Assembly: GCA_963809895.1 (NCBI GenBank)
Contig: CAWELD010000010.1
Location: forward strand, 576,001 to 640,000
Direction: 5' to 3'
DNA from: an uncultured Gemmatimonadales bacterium
Lineage (GTDB): Bacteria; Gemmatimonadota; Gemmatimonadetes; Longimicrobiales; Gaopeijiaceae
DNA: 64,000 nt
Under the pieces are notes generated by a model that made no database searches, was not told the origin of the DNA, and worked only from the letters and a program-made list of their open reading frames with translations. Shown piece after piece: positions 1 through 9,139 of the stretch. How positions within the stretch are numbered: the stretch's first letter is position 1; each line of letters starts with the position of its first letter. Both the position numbers and the translations under genes were made by a program.

Positions 1-182
1 CCGCGTGTCACCTGTCGTCGCTCCGGCGACTACGCGGTCCGTCGCGGCCGCCCACGGCGGACGCTGGCGTGGGGCTGCAGATGATCGTTGCCCGGCCCGC
101 CTGCCGGAACGTATGTTTCCGGTCCCTCCTCCGCCGGAGCCCGCCAGGCGCCGCGCGGATCGATCCCAGAGAGGAGCGACCC

Positions 183-1049
183 ATGAGCGCACGGGCCATC
201 GCCTCGTCCACCATCTCGTTCGGCCTGGTCTCCATTCCGGTCAAGCTGTACTCGACGGGAGAGAGCGGCAGCCGCATCTCGTTCAACCTGGTGCACGAGG
301 CCTGCGGGACCCGCCTCAAGCAGCAGTACATCTGTCCCAAGTGCGATGTCGTCGTGCCCCGCGAGGACATGGTGAAGGGATACGAGTTCGCCAAGGGCCA
401 GTACGTGCTCTTCGACAACGAAGAGCTCAAGGCCATGGAGGCGACCAAGAAGGACAGCATCGAGATCACCGAGTTCGTGCCCGAGGACCAGGTGGAGCCG
501 GTCTACATGGACAAGCCCTATTACCTGGGACCCGACAAGGGCGGCGCGCGCGCCTACCGCCTGCTGTCCATGGCGCTCAAGGACGAGAACCGGGTGGCCA
601 TCGCCAAGTACGCGGCCCGTGGCCGCGAGTACCTGGTGATGATCCGCCCCCATGGCGAGGGTCTGGTCATGGATCAGCTCCGCTACGCCGACGAGGTACG
701 CACCTTCGACGAGGTGCCCATCGACGAGGCCGAGGTGAAGGACGCCGAGCTGGCGCTGGCCCGGCAGCTCATCGAGCAGGCCGCATCGGACACCTTCGAT
801 CCCGCGCAGTACGAGGACGACGTTCGCAAGCGCATGCTGGAGATGATCCAGGCCAAGGTGGAGGGCCAGGAGATCACCGTGGCGCCGCAGGAGGAGCCCG
901 CCACGCAGATCATCGATCTCATGGCCGCTCTCAAGGCCTCGATCAAGGAGGGCGACGAGCGCAAGCCCGCGGCCAAGGCCGGCAAGAAGAAGCCGGCGTC
1001 GGGCGCCGCGAAGAAGGGCTCCTCGAAGAAGAAGGCGGCCGAGGGATGA
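183..1049 (+). CDS. ku: Ku protein (NHEJ DNA end-binding)
   Basis: ISFGLVSIPVKLY N-terminus, VKGYE, PYYLGP, IIDLMAALKASI and a basic Lys/Ala tail; ATG 183 after GAGGAG. Confidence 0.95.
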   Translation: MSARAIASSTISFGLVSIPVKLYSTGESGSRISFNLVHEACGTRLKQQYICPKCDVVVPREDMVKGYEFAKGQYVLFDNEELKAMEATKKDSIEITEFVPEDQVEPVYMDKPYYLGPDKGGARAYRLLSMALKDENRVAIAKYAARGREYLVMIRPHGEGLVMDQLRYADEVRTFDEVPIDEAEVKDAELALARQLIEQAASDTFDPAQYEDDVRKRMLEMIQAKVEGQEITVAPQEEPATQIIDLMAALKASIKEGDERKPAAKAGKKKPASGAAKKGSSKKKAAEG

Positions 1050-1630
1050 GGCACGCCGGCCCGCCGGGCGCGGCCCGCCCATCGACGCCCGCACCCCTGC
1101 TGCTGGCGGTGACCCTCCTCCTGGCGGCGCCGTTCATGGCGTCGCCGCTGACGGCCCAGGAGACCTTCGATCCCGAGGCGCGGCTGGCCGAGATGGGCGT
1201 GACGCTGCCCGAGCCGGGGCCCAGCCGGGCCGCGTACGACCGGGCCGTGCGCACGGGCGACCTGGTCTTTCTGGCCGGCCACGGCCCGTGCGGCGAATGG
1301 GACGGGCAGGGCCGGGGCAAGGTGCCCAGCGAAAGGAGCGTCGAGGAAGCCACGGCGGCGGCCCGTCAGGCGGCGATCTGCCTCCTGGGCTCCCTGAAGG
1401 CCGAGATCGGCGACCTGTCCAGGGTGCGGCGGATCGTCCGGGTCTTCGGCATGGTCAACGCCGATACGGACTTCACCGGCCACTCGCAGGTGATGAACGG
1501 CGCATCGGAGTTTCTGAACCAGGTGTTCGGCGAGCGCGGCCGCCACGTGCGGGCGGCGGTGGGCATGGGATCGCTCCCCGCCAACCTCACCGTGGAGATC
1601 GAAATGGTCGTGGAGGTGGAAGGAAGCTGA
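1046..1630 (+). CDS. RidA/YjgF family protein with N-terminal signal peptide
   Basis: LVFLAGHGP, RIVRVFGMVN, VMNGASEFL..VFGERGRHVRAAVG, LPANLTVEIE; ATGA overlap with ku stop. Confidence 0.85.
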   Translation: MRHAGPPGAARPSTPAPLLLAVTLLLAAPFMASPLTAQETFDPEARLAEMGVTLPEPGPSRAAYDRAVRTGDLVFLAGHGPCGEWDGQGRGKVPSERSVEEATAAARQAAICLLGSLKAEIGDLSRVRRIVRVFGMVNADTDFTGHSQVMNGASEFLNQVFGERGRHVRAAVGMGSLPANLTVEIEMVVEVEGS

Positions 1631-2457
1631 CGGGATACACCACTCGCGAGGTGGCCCAGGTGGTGGGCCTGCCTCCCCGCCGCATCCGGGCCTTCGCCCG
1701 CGACGGCCTGCTGGACGCCGGTCGAGGGCCGGGTCGGCGCTACCATTTCAGCTTTCCCGACGTCATCCTGTTGCGCACGGCCAAGGAGCTCCACAAGCAG
1801 GGCGTGTCGGCGCGGCGAGTGCGCCAATCCCTCCGCAGACTGCGGGAGCAGCTCCCCTCGGGACGTCCATTGAGCGCGGTGCGCATCGTGGCGCGGGGGG
1901 ACGAGCTCCTGGTGCACGACCGGGACACCGTCTGGGAACCCGTCAGCGAGCAGGTGGCCTTCGACTTCGCGGTGGACGAGCTGGCGGCCCGCGTGGAGCC
2001 CTTCGCCCGGCGGGTGGCCCGGGAGCGAGAGGCCGCCGGCGAGATGGACGCCGACGACTGGTACGATCTGGGCTTCGACCTGGAGGCCGTTACCGCCGAC
2101 GAAGCCAAGCGTGCCTACCGGCAGGCCCTCGCCCTGCAGCCGGGACATCCGGAGGCGCTGGTCAACCTGGGGCGCCTGCTCCACGAGGAGGGCCAGCTGG
2201 CCGACGCGGAGGCGTACTATCGCCGTGCACTCGTCATGGAGCCGCGCCACGCCCTGGCGCGCTACAACCTGGGCGTGGCGCTGGAAGATTCAGGTCGGGC
2301 CGACGCGGCGTTGAAGGCGTACCGCGACGCGCTGGGTGCGGACCCCGGGCTGGCCGGGGCCCACTTCAACCTGGCGCGACTCTACGAGGCGCGGGGCGAC
2401 GTGCAGAACGCCGTCCGCCACCTGGCGGCCTACAAGAGGCTGCGCGATTCGGCCTGA
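1627..2457 (+). CDS. MerR-type HTH plus TPR repeat protein
   Basis: YTTREVAQVVGL..RRIR HTH; TPR motifs ALVNLGRLLHE, ARYNLGVALED, AHFNLARLYE; start uncertain (CTG 1627 or GTG 1651). Confidence 0.85.
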   Translation: MTGYTTREVAQVVGLPPRRIRAFARDGLLDAGRGPGRRYHFSFPDVILLRTAKELHKQGVSARRVRQSLRRLREQLPSGRPLSAVRIVARGDELLVHDRDTVWEPVSEQVAFDFAVDELAARVEPFARRVAREREAAGEMDADDWYDLGFDLEAVTADEAKRAYRQALALQPGHPEALVNLGRLLHEEGQLADAEAYYRRALVMEPRHALARYNLGVALEDSGRADAALKAYRDALGADPGLAGAHFNLARLYEARGDVQNAVRHLAAYKRLRDSA

Positions 2458-2458
2458 A

Positions 2459-3409
2459 TCAGGACCCCCCCTCGCCCGCCTTCTCCAGCAGCGCGTCCAG
2501 CGCCTGGCGAGGATCGTCGAGCGAGCGGCCGTGGCGGCCCATGCCCTGCCAGGGGTCGTCGCGCTGACCCAGGCGGCGTTGGATGTTCTTCACCGTGTAT
2601 CGCCGTGGGCCCAGCTCGGGATCATCCAGCTCGTCCCACGCCAGCGGGGTGGCCACCGGCGCGCCCGGTCGGGGCCGCACCGCGTAGGGCGCTACTGAGG
2701 TCTGGGCGTACGCGTTGCGCAGCACGTCGAGGAACACGCGCTTGCCCCGTTTGTCCTTGCGTTGGGCCACGGTCAGGCGCTCGGGATGCCGCTCGGCCAG
2801 GAGCCGGGCCACGTCGCGTGCGAAGGCCCGCACGTCGTCGAACGACGGGCCCCGGCGGAGCGGCGCGTACACGTGGAGACCCCGGGAGCCCGACGTCATG
2901 ACGAAGGTGGCGAGCCCGACGTCGTCCAACACCGCCCGCACGTCGCGCGCGGCGGCCCGCACGTCGTCGAAGGTGGCCTCCCAGTCGTCTCCGGGGGGAT
3001 CCAGGTCGAAGATCATGCGGTCCGGCTCCCGCACCCGGTCCACGCGGCTCAACCACACGTGGGGCGTGATGCACGCCTGGTCGGCCAGGTACACGAGGGT
3101 GGCCGTGTCGTCGATGACGAGCTGGCGCAGGCTGCCCCCTTCCTTCTCCACCTGCTCCGTGTGGATCCAGCCCGGAAAATGATCCGGGACGTCCTTGTGA
3201 TAGAACCCGTCCTCGTCGATCCCCTCGGGGAAGCGGTGCATGGACACGAGCCGGCCCTGCACGTGGGGCAGCATCACCTCGGCCACACCCTGGTAATGGT
3301 CCACCAGATCGAGTTTGGTGATGCCCGCATCGGGAAAGAGCACCTTGTGGGGATTGGAGATCTCCAATGAGCGTCGTCCTACACGGCGCGTCAGCACGTC
3401 CTCGATCAC
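2459..3409 (-). CDS. ligD: Stand-alone LigD polymerase (primase-polymerase) domain
   Basis: SNPHKVLFP, ITKLDLVDHY, RFPEGI, PDRMIFDLDP, TSGSRGLHVY, VAPYAVRPRPGAPVATPLAWDEL. Confidence 0.93.
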   Translation of the reverse strand: MIEDVLTRRVGRRSLEISNPHKVLFPDAGITKLDLVDHYQGVAEVMLPHVQGRLVSMHRFPEGIDEDGFYHKDVPDHFPGWIHTEQVEKEGGSLRQLVIDDTATLVYLADQACITPHVWLSRVDRVREPDRMIFDLDPPGDDWEATFDDVRAAARDVRAVLDDVGLATFVMTSGSRGLHVYAPLRRGPSFDDVRAFARDVARLLAERHPERLTVAQRKDKRGKRVFLDVLRNAYAQTSVAPYAVRPRPGAPVATPLAWDELDDPELGPRRYTVKNIQRRLGQRDDPWQGMGRHGRSLDDPRQALDALLEKAGEGGS

Positions 3410-4026
3410 GACTCCCCCCCGTCTCCGTCCTCTTCTGCCCCTTCGCTCGCGACCTCCTCCACCGTCCGCCCAGAGATCACCGACTCGGGCTCGGTGCTCA
3501 CCGGGTTGCGGCGCGCGTCGGCCTCTTCGTCGTCCATCTTGACCAGGAGCCAGCGCTCGTCGTCACCCGTGGCGACCCGGGTCAGGGCGTACCCTCCCGG
3601 GACTTTCTGTCCCTCGAGCCAGAAGGTGGCGTGTCCGGATCTCAGCTGATCCGCCATGGGAACCGGGTCACCGTCGTCATCGGTCTTCAGGTTCCGGTAG
3701 GTGCCGTGGTCCCAGACGATGACGGCACCGCCCCCGTACTCGTCTTCGGGGATGACGCCCTCGAACCCGGCATAGTCCATGGGATGGTCCTCGGTGGGCA
3801 CCGCGAGTCGCTTGTCCCGTGGATCAGTGCTCGGTCCCTTGGGCACGGCCCAGGACTTGAGCACGCCGTCGACCTCCAGGCGGAAATCGAAGTGATGCGT
3901 GGAGGCCTGGTGTTCCTGGATGACGAACCGGGGATCCCCCGAGCCACGCTTCACGGGCTCCCCCTTCGGCTCCGGGGTGCGTCGGAAGTCTCGGCGGCTG
4001 CGGTAGCGATCCAGGGCATCGGACAT
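3406..4026 (-). CDS. Stand-alone LigD 3'-phosphoesterase domain
   Basis: YRSRRDFRRTPEP, FVIQEHQASTHHFDFRLEVDGVLKSWAVPKGPS, KRLAVPTEDHP, YGGGAVIVWDHGTY. Confidence 0.93.
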   Translation of the reverse strand: MSDALDRYRSRRDFRRTPEPKGEPVKRGSGDPRFVIQEHQASTHHFDFRLEVDGVLKSWAVPKGPSTDPRDKRLAVPTEDHPMDYAGFEGVIPEDEYGGGAVIVWDHGTYRNLKTDDDGDPVPMADQLRSGHATFWLEGQKVPGGYALTRVATGDDERWLLVKMDDEEADARRNPVSTEPESVISGRTVEEVASEGAEEDGDGGES

Positions 4027-4226
4027 CCTCCCTCCGGTGTCGGGCGACGAGTGTACCAGCGGTCGCTGCATCCTTCGAAGGATGCGAGTTCCATGCCGCA
4101 GACATCCCGCCCCCCGTCGGTAGCCGACTGGACGCCGGGAGCACGATGAGGTCGCCGCGTACGCGTGGCACGCGCGTTGCACGATATGAAGTGGATGCAG
4201 AGGTCGCATCCAGCAGGAGAAACGCC

Positions 4227-4334
4227 ATGAAATCCGACGCACGATTCGTCGACGCCCAGGGCCACCGCGTTCCGGCGCTGGGACTCGGCACCTGGCAGAT
4301 GGAAGGGGAACCCTGTGCGCAGGAGGCACCATGA
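4227..4334 (+). pseudogene. N-terminal remnant of an aldo/keto reductase
   Basis: 35 aa containing RVPALGLGTWQM; RBS AGGAG; ends at the start of the next gene. Confidence 0.6.
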
Positions 4335-6382
4335 GGGACATGGCGAAGCAGCGCAGGCACATGGTTCGCACGCAGCTCGCCGCCCGGGGGATCGGCCACG
4401 ACCCGGTGCTCGAGGCCATGGAGGAGGTCCCCCGGGAGTCGTTCGTCGCTCCCGAGATGGTGGAGTTCGCGTATCACGACTCGGCGCTCCCCATCGACGA
4501 GAAGCAGACCATCTCGCAGCCCTACATCGTGGCGCTCATGGCCGAGGCGCTGGAGCTGGCTCCCGAGGATCGGGTGCTCGACGTGGGCACGGGCTCCGGA
4601 TACGCCGCCGCGGTGCTGAGCCGCATGGTGGAGCAGGTCTTCACCATCGAGCGGCATCGGTCGCTGGCCCAATCAGCACGGCGCCGCTTCGAAGCGCTGG
4701 GCTACGACAACATCCACGTGCGCGTAGGTGACGGTTCGCTGGGGTGGCCCGAGGAAGGTCCCTTCGACGCCATCCAGGTGGCTGCGGGCGGACCGCGGGT
4801 TCCCCAGGCGCTGGTGGACCAGTTGGCGCCCGGCGGACGGATGGTGATTCCCGTGGGCGAGGACCCGCGCCTGCAGAAGCTGCTGCGCATCCGGCGCACG
4901 CCTCAAGGGCTGCGGAAGGAGGATCTGGGCGACGTGCGCTTCGTACCGCTCCTGGGCGTGCAGGGTTGGACGCCGAGCGGTGAGCCGGCGTCGTCGAACG
5001 GACACGCGGGCCGGCCCGGTCCGGACGAGCAACGCGGTAGTCACGCGAGCGCCGGGTCGACCCGCAACGAGCCACCCGTCATCTCTCGCCGCGACCGTCT
5101 GCGTCGCGCCGCCGAGCCCTTCGACGGGATCTCCGAGGTCGACCTGGAACCGCTGCTGGAGCGCATCGGCGACGCGCGCGTGGTGCTCCTGGGCGAAGCC
5201 ACCCACGGCACCTCCGAATTCTACCGCATGCGCACCCGCATCACCCGGGAGCTGGTGGAGAAAAGGGGATTCCGCATCGTGGCGGTGGAGGCGGACTGGC
5301 CCGACGCGACGCGCGTGGATTCGCACGTGCGCGACCGGCCCATGGTGCCGCCCACGCGCACGCCCTTCACACGCTTCCCCACCTGGATGTGGGCCAACGA
5401 GGAGGTGGGCGAGCTGGTCGAGGTGCTGGCCGACTTCAACCAGGGCCGGGCCGAAGACGATCGCGCCGGGTTCTTCGGGCTGGATCTCTACAGCCTCCAC
5501 GCCTCGCTGGCGGTGGTGCTGGAATATCTGGACGAGGTGGACCCCGAGGCGGCGGCGGTGGCCCGACAGCGCTACGGATGCCTGACACCGTGGGAGTCGG
5601 ATCCGTCGAGCTACGGCCACGCGGTGCTCACGGGCGGCTACCGGAGCTGCGAGGACGAGGTGGTGCGCACGCTGAAGGATCTGCTCCAGAAGCGCCTGGA
5701 CTACGAGGAGCGCTCCGGTGCCGATCGCTTCTTCGACGCCTCGCTGAACGCCCGGCTCGTGGCCGACGCCGAGCTCTACTACCGCATCATGTACTTCGGC
5801 GGCCGCGCATCGTGGAATCTGCGCGATCAGCACATGTTCGACACCCTCGAGGCATTGCTCGATCATCACGGCCCCGACAGCCGCGCGGTGGTGTGGGAGC
5901 ACAATTCCCACATCGGCGATGCCCGGGCCACCGAGATGAGCGCCCGGGGCGAGCACAACGTCGGCCAGCTCTGCCGACAGCGGTTCGGCTCCGCTGCCTA
6001 CGCCGTGGGCTTCGGCACCCACACCGGGACCGTGGCCGCGGCCCACGACTGGGGCGACCCGGTGGAGATCATGAGCGTGCGGCCCTCGCATGCGCACAGC
6101 TACGAGCGCCTCTGCCATGATGCCGAGCTGGACCGCTTCCTGTTGCCGCTACGGGGCTCGGATCAGGAAGGCGTGCGCCGGGACCTGTTGCCGGAACGGC
6201 TCGAGCGGGCCATCGGCGTCATCTACCGGCCCCACACCGAGCTGCAGAGCCACTACTTCCACGCATCGCTGCCGCGGCAGTTCGACGAATACGTGTGGTT
6301 CGACCAGACCAGGGCGGTGACGCCTCTCGACGTCCGCACCCGCGAAGAGCGGACGCCCGAGACCTACCCGTTCGGGGTGTAG
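4331..6382 (+). CDS. pcm: Protein-L-isoaspartate O-methyltransferase fused to erythromycin-esterase-family domain
   Basis: QTISQPYIVA, VLDVGTGSGY, GDGSLGWPE; then VVLLGEATHGTSEFY, VAVEADWPD, WNLRD, WEHNSHIGDARAT. Confidence 0.92.
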   Translation: MRDMAKQRRHMVRTQLAARGIGHDPVLEAMEEVPRESFVAPEMVEFAYHDSALPIDEKQTISQPYIVALMAEALELAPEDRVLDVGTGSGYAAAVLSRMVEQVFTIERHRSLAQSARRRFEALGYDNIHVRVGDGSLGWPEEGPFDAIQVAAGGPRVPQALVDQLAPGGRMVIPVGEDPRLQKLLRIRRTPQGLRKEDLGDVRFVPLLGVQGWTPSGEPASSNGHAGRPGPDEQRGSHASAGSTRNEPPVISRRDRLRRAAEPFDGISEVDLEPLLERIGDARVVLLGEATHGTSEFYRMRTRITRELVEKRGFRIVAVEADWPDATRVDSHVRDRPMVPPTRTPFTRFPTWMWANEEVGELVEVLADFNQGRAEDDRAGFFGLDLYSLHASLAVVLEYLDEVDPEAAAVARQRYGCLTPWESDPSSYGHAVLTGGYRSCEDEVVRTLKDLLQKRLDYEERSGADRFFDASLNARLVADAELYYRIMYFGGRASWNLRDQHMFDTLEALLDHHGPDSRAVVWEHNSHIGDARATEMSARGEHNVGQLCRQRFGSAAYAVGFGTHTGTVAAAHDWGDPVEIMSVRPSHAHSYERLCHDAELDRFLLPLRGSDQEGVRRDLLPERLERAIGVIYRPHTELQSHYFHASLPRQFDEYVWFDQTRAVTPLDVRTREERTPETYPFGV

Positions 6383-6452
6383 AGGCCGTGGGCGCGTGAG
6401 GGCGGCGCCGACCGGCGCCGCCTCACCCTGCGCCCGGAATGGGCCGGAAGCG

Positions 6453-6483
6453 CCCCGGGGGGAGCGACGGGCTCCCCCCGGGG
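6453..6483. terminator. GC-rich hairpin between convergent genes, probable terminator
   Basis: Perfect 13-bp stem CCCCGGGGGGAGC / GCTCCCCCCGGGG with 5-nt loop; a second hairpin lies at ~6396-6426. Confidence 0.65.
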
Positions 6484-6498
6484 TTTGCCGTCAGGGCG

Positions 6499-8932
6499 TC
6501 AGCTTCCGGGATCCAGAATCTGGTCGATACGTGCGATGGCGTCGCGGTAGTGCAGACGGGTCGCCCGGTCCGGCGCCCGCCCAACCGCCTGCTGCAGCTC
6601 GGTTCTGAGCGTGACGAGCTGACCGCGCACGTAGGGCGCGATGTCGGTCTGCCGGGCGTCCTCGTCCTCCATGAGCTCGCCCATGCGGTCCAGGTAGGCC
6701 CGCTGCAGATTTCGGCGGTACGCGTCGGTGGCCCGGCCCGCCGAGGCCTCGGACCAGATGCCGTGGCGCAGGTCGTCCATCATCTCGCCCAGCGTGTAGG
6801 CGTCGTCACCGTGGAAGGCCTCCTGCTCCACCAGGCGCTTCATGCGGTCCACGTTGAGCAGCCCGTTGAGGGCGTAGACTTGACGGGCGCGGATCATGTC
6901 GGGCGCGCCGGCGTCCTCGATGCGGTCCAGGATGTCCTCGTCCAGCATCCAGCTCGGTGTGGCGAAGACCTGCCGGTTCAGGTAGTCCACGGCCCGGCGC
7001 TGCATGTCTTCGGAGACCATGGCGTATTGCGGGCCGTCCTGGCCCTGGTGCTTCCGGGTGTAGACCACCCCGCCCACGTTGGTCATGACGTGGCCGATGT
7101 AGCGATTCCACTGACCCACCACGTTCTGGTAGAGCTCCTGGAGCTGCGAATAGTCCTCGCCCTCCTGGAACGTCCAGTCCTGAAGGCTGGCGGTGATCCG
7201 TTTCAGGTTCTCGATGCCGAAATCCGACGCGCGCATGGCATCGTCGCCGATGGCTTCGGTGAGGGCCGTGGGATCGGAGCCGTTGGGGCTGGAGAACCGG
7301 TAGATGGGATCGTCCTGCATCTCCACCACCTCGGCGTTCAGCTCCGCCCGCTCCGCGTCGGGTGAGGCGGCGTCCAGGAGCGGCTTGTAGCCCCACTCGA
7401 TGGCGAACTTGTCGTAGGGACCGATGGCCGGCAGGAAGCAGGTGTCGTCACCAGGCTGCGCCACGTAGTTGAAGCGGGCGTAGTCCATGATGGAGGGTGC
7501 CACGCCCATGCGGCAGGCGAAGTCGGTGCGCAGCGAGTCCACGGGATACGCGGCCGACGCCTGCATGTTGTGCTGGAGCCCCAGCGTGTGCCCCACCTCG
7601 TGCGACGACACGAAGCGGATGAGCTGCCCCATGACCTCGGTATCGAACTCCACCTGCGCGCGCTTCGGGGTTCGCCGCCGCCGTCTGGATGAAGTACCAG
7701 TTGCGGACGAGGTTCATGACGTTGTGGTACCACTGGATGTCGCTCTCCAGGATCTGCCCCGTGCGCGGATCGCTCACGTGGGGACCGGAGGCGTTCTGCA
7801 CGTCGGACGCCAGGTAGCGGATCACCGAATAGCGCGCGTCTTCCGGCGCCCACTCGGGGTCTTCCTCGGGGGTGGGCGCGTCGCGGGCCACGATGGCGTT
7901 GCTGAAGCCGGCTTCCTCGAAGGCCGCCTGCCAGTCCTCGACCCCCTGCTTCAGATAGGGACGCCACTTCTCCGGCGTGGCCGGATCGATGTAGTAGACG
8001 ATGGGCTGCACCGGGTCCACCAGCTCGCCCCGGCGGAAGGCCGCCGTGTCGCTGGGCTCCAGGCGCCAGCGCGTGATGTAGCAGCGCTCCTCGGCCTTCT
8101 GGGCCGGGAGGCCGTAGTCTACCTGGGACACGCTGAAGTACCCAACCCGCTCGTCGCACAACCTGGGGGTCATGGGATCGTCGGGCAGGAGCACCATGGA
8201 GTGGTGCATCTCGGCCGACACCGTGTTGGCCGATGCGTTGCTCGGCGGGCTGGTGGCCTCGTAGGTCAGCACCCGCCGCACCTCCACGTTGGTCGGGAAG
8301 CTGTGGGCCCACTCCACGAAGGTGCGGCTCCCGTCCACACGTCGGACGCCGTACTGGTCGCGCCGGAACTTGGGTAGCCCCAGGAGCGGGACGTCTTCGG
8401 TGAAGAGCGGGGTCACCTCGATGACCACCGCCGACGAGTCGGGCGACAGCGCCTCGATGTCGAAGGAGCGGATGACGGGCTCGAAGTTGGACGCCTTCAC
8501 GGCCCGGGAGATGGGCAACGAGTCGGCCGCCACGTTCTCGTAGCTCACCAGCCGCAGGAGCACCCGATCCTCGCGTCGCTGCCAGCGCACCACCGACGTG
8601 TTCACCTTGGATCCGCCGTATCCGGCGTCTTCGGGAGCACTGGCGAGACGCGTCAGCAGGAGCATCTCCCGATCGAGCTGGTTCAGGGGGATCTCGTAGT
8701 AGAGCTTCTCTCCCACCATGTGGACGTCGAACAGACCCTCGTCCGTGGTGGCCTTGTCCGTGATCACCTCGGAGTAGGGCTTCATGCCCTCCTCCTCCTG
8801 GTCGCCCCGCGACCTCGCTTGCTGCCCGGCGTTGGCCGGGGCGGGGGTGGAGGGTGCCGCCTGACCCGACGAGCAGCCCGCCAGGGCCGCCGCCAGGAAC
8901 AGCAGGGTTGTGGAAAGCACGCCGCGTCGCAT
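6499..8932 (-). CDS. Zinc-dependent metalloprotease lipoprotein (DUF5117/DUF5118/DUF4953 type), split by one frameshift near 7655
   Basis: Lipobox LAGC, DPRTGQILESDI in one frame; HEVGHTLGLQHN and SIMDY in the next frame. Confidence 0.85.
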
Positions 8933-9139
8933 GATCGTCTTCCTCCCGGTACCGGGCTCGTCGTGATCGCTGGGCCACCGGCTGGCGGCCACGGCACACA
9001 ATTCCCGCGGCCGGCGCCGGGCGCAAGGCGCGGCGGCGTCGGAGCCCACGAGCCCGCGACCTTGTGGGGGCCGGGGTCACCGGGATAGGGTGAGCGTCCC
9101 GCACAGGTCTCCCGCACGGACAGGTCCCGCGGAGCGCGC

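Noticed and set aside
183..4026. Causal link between the NHEJ genes and the deletions in the array
   Set aside because: Proximity only; the junctions show no diagnostic signature
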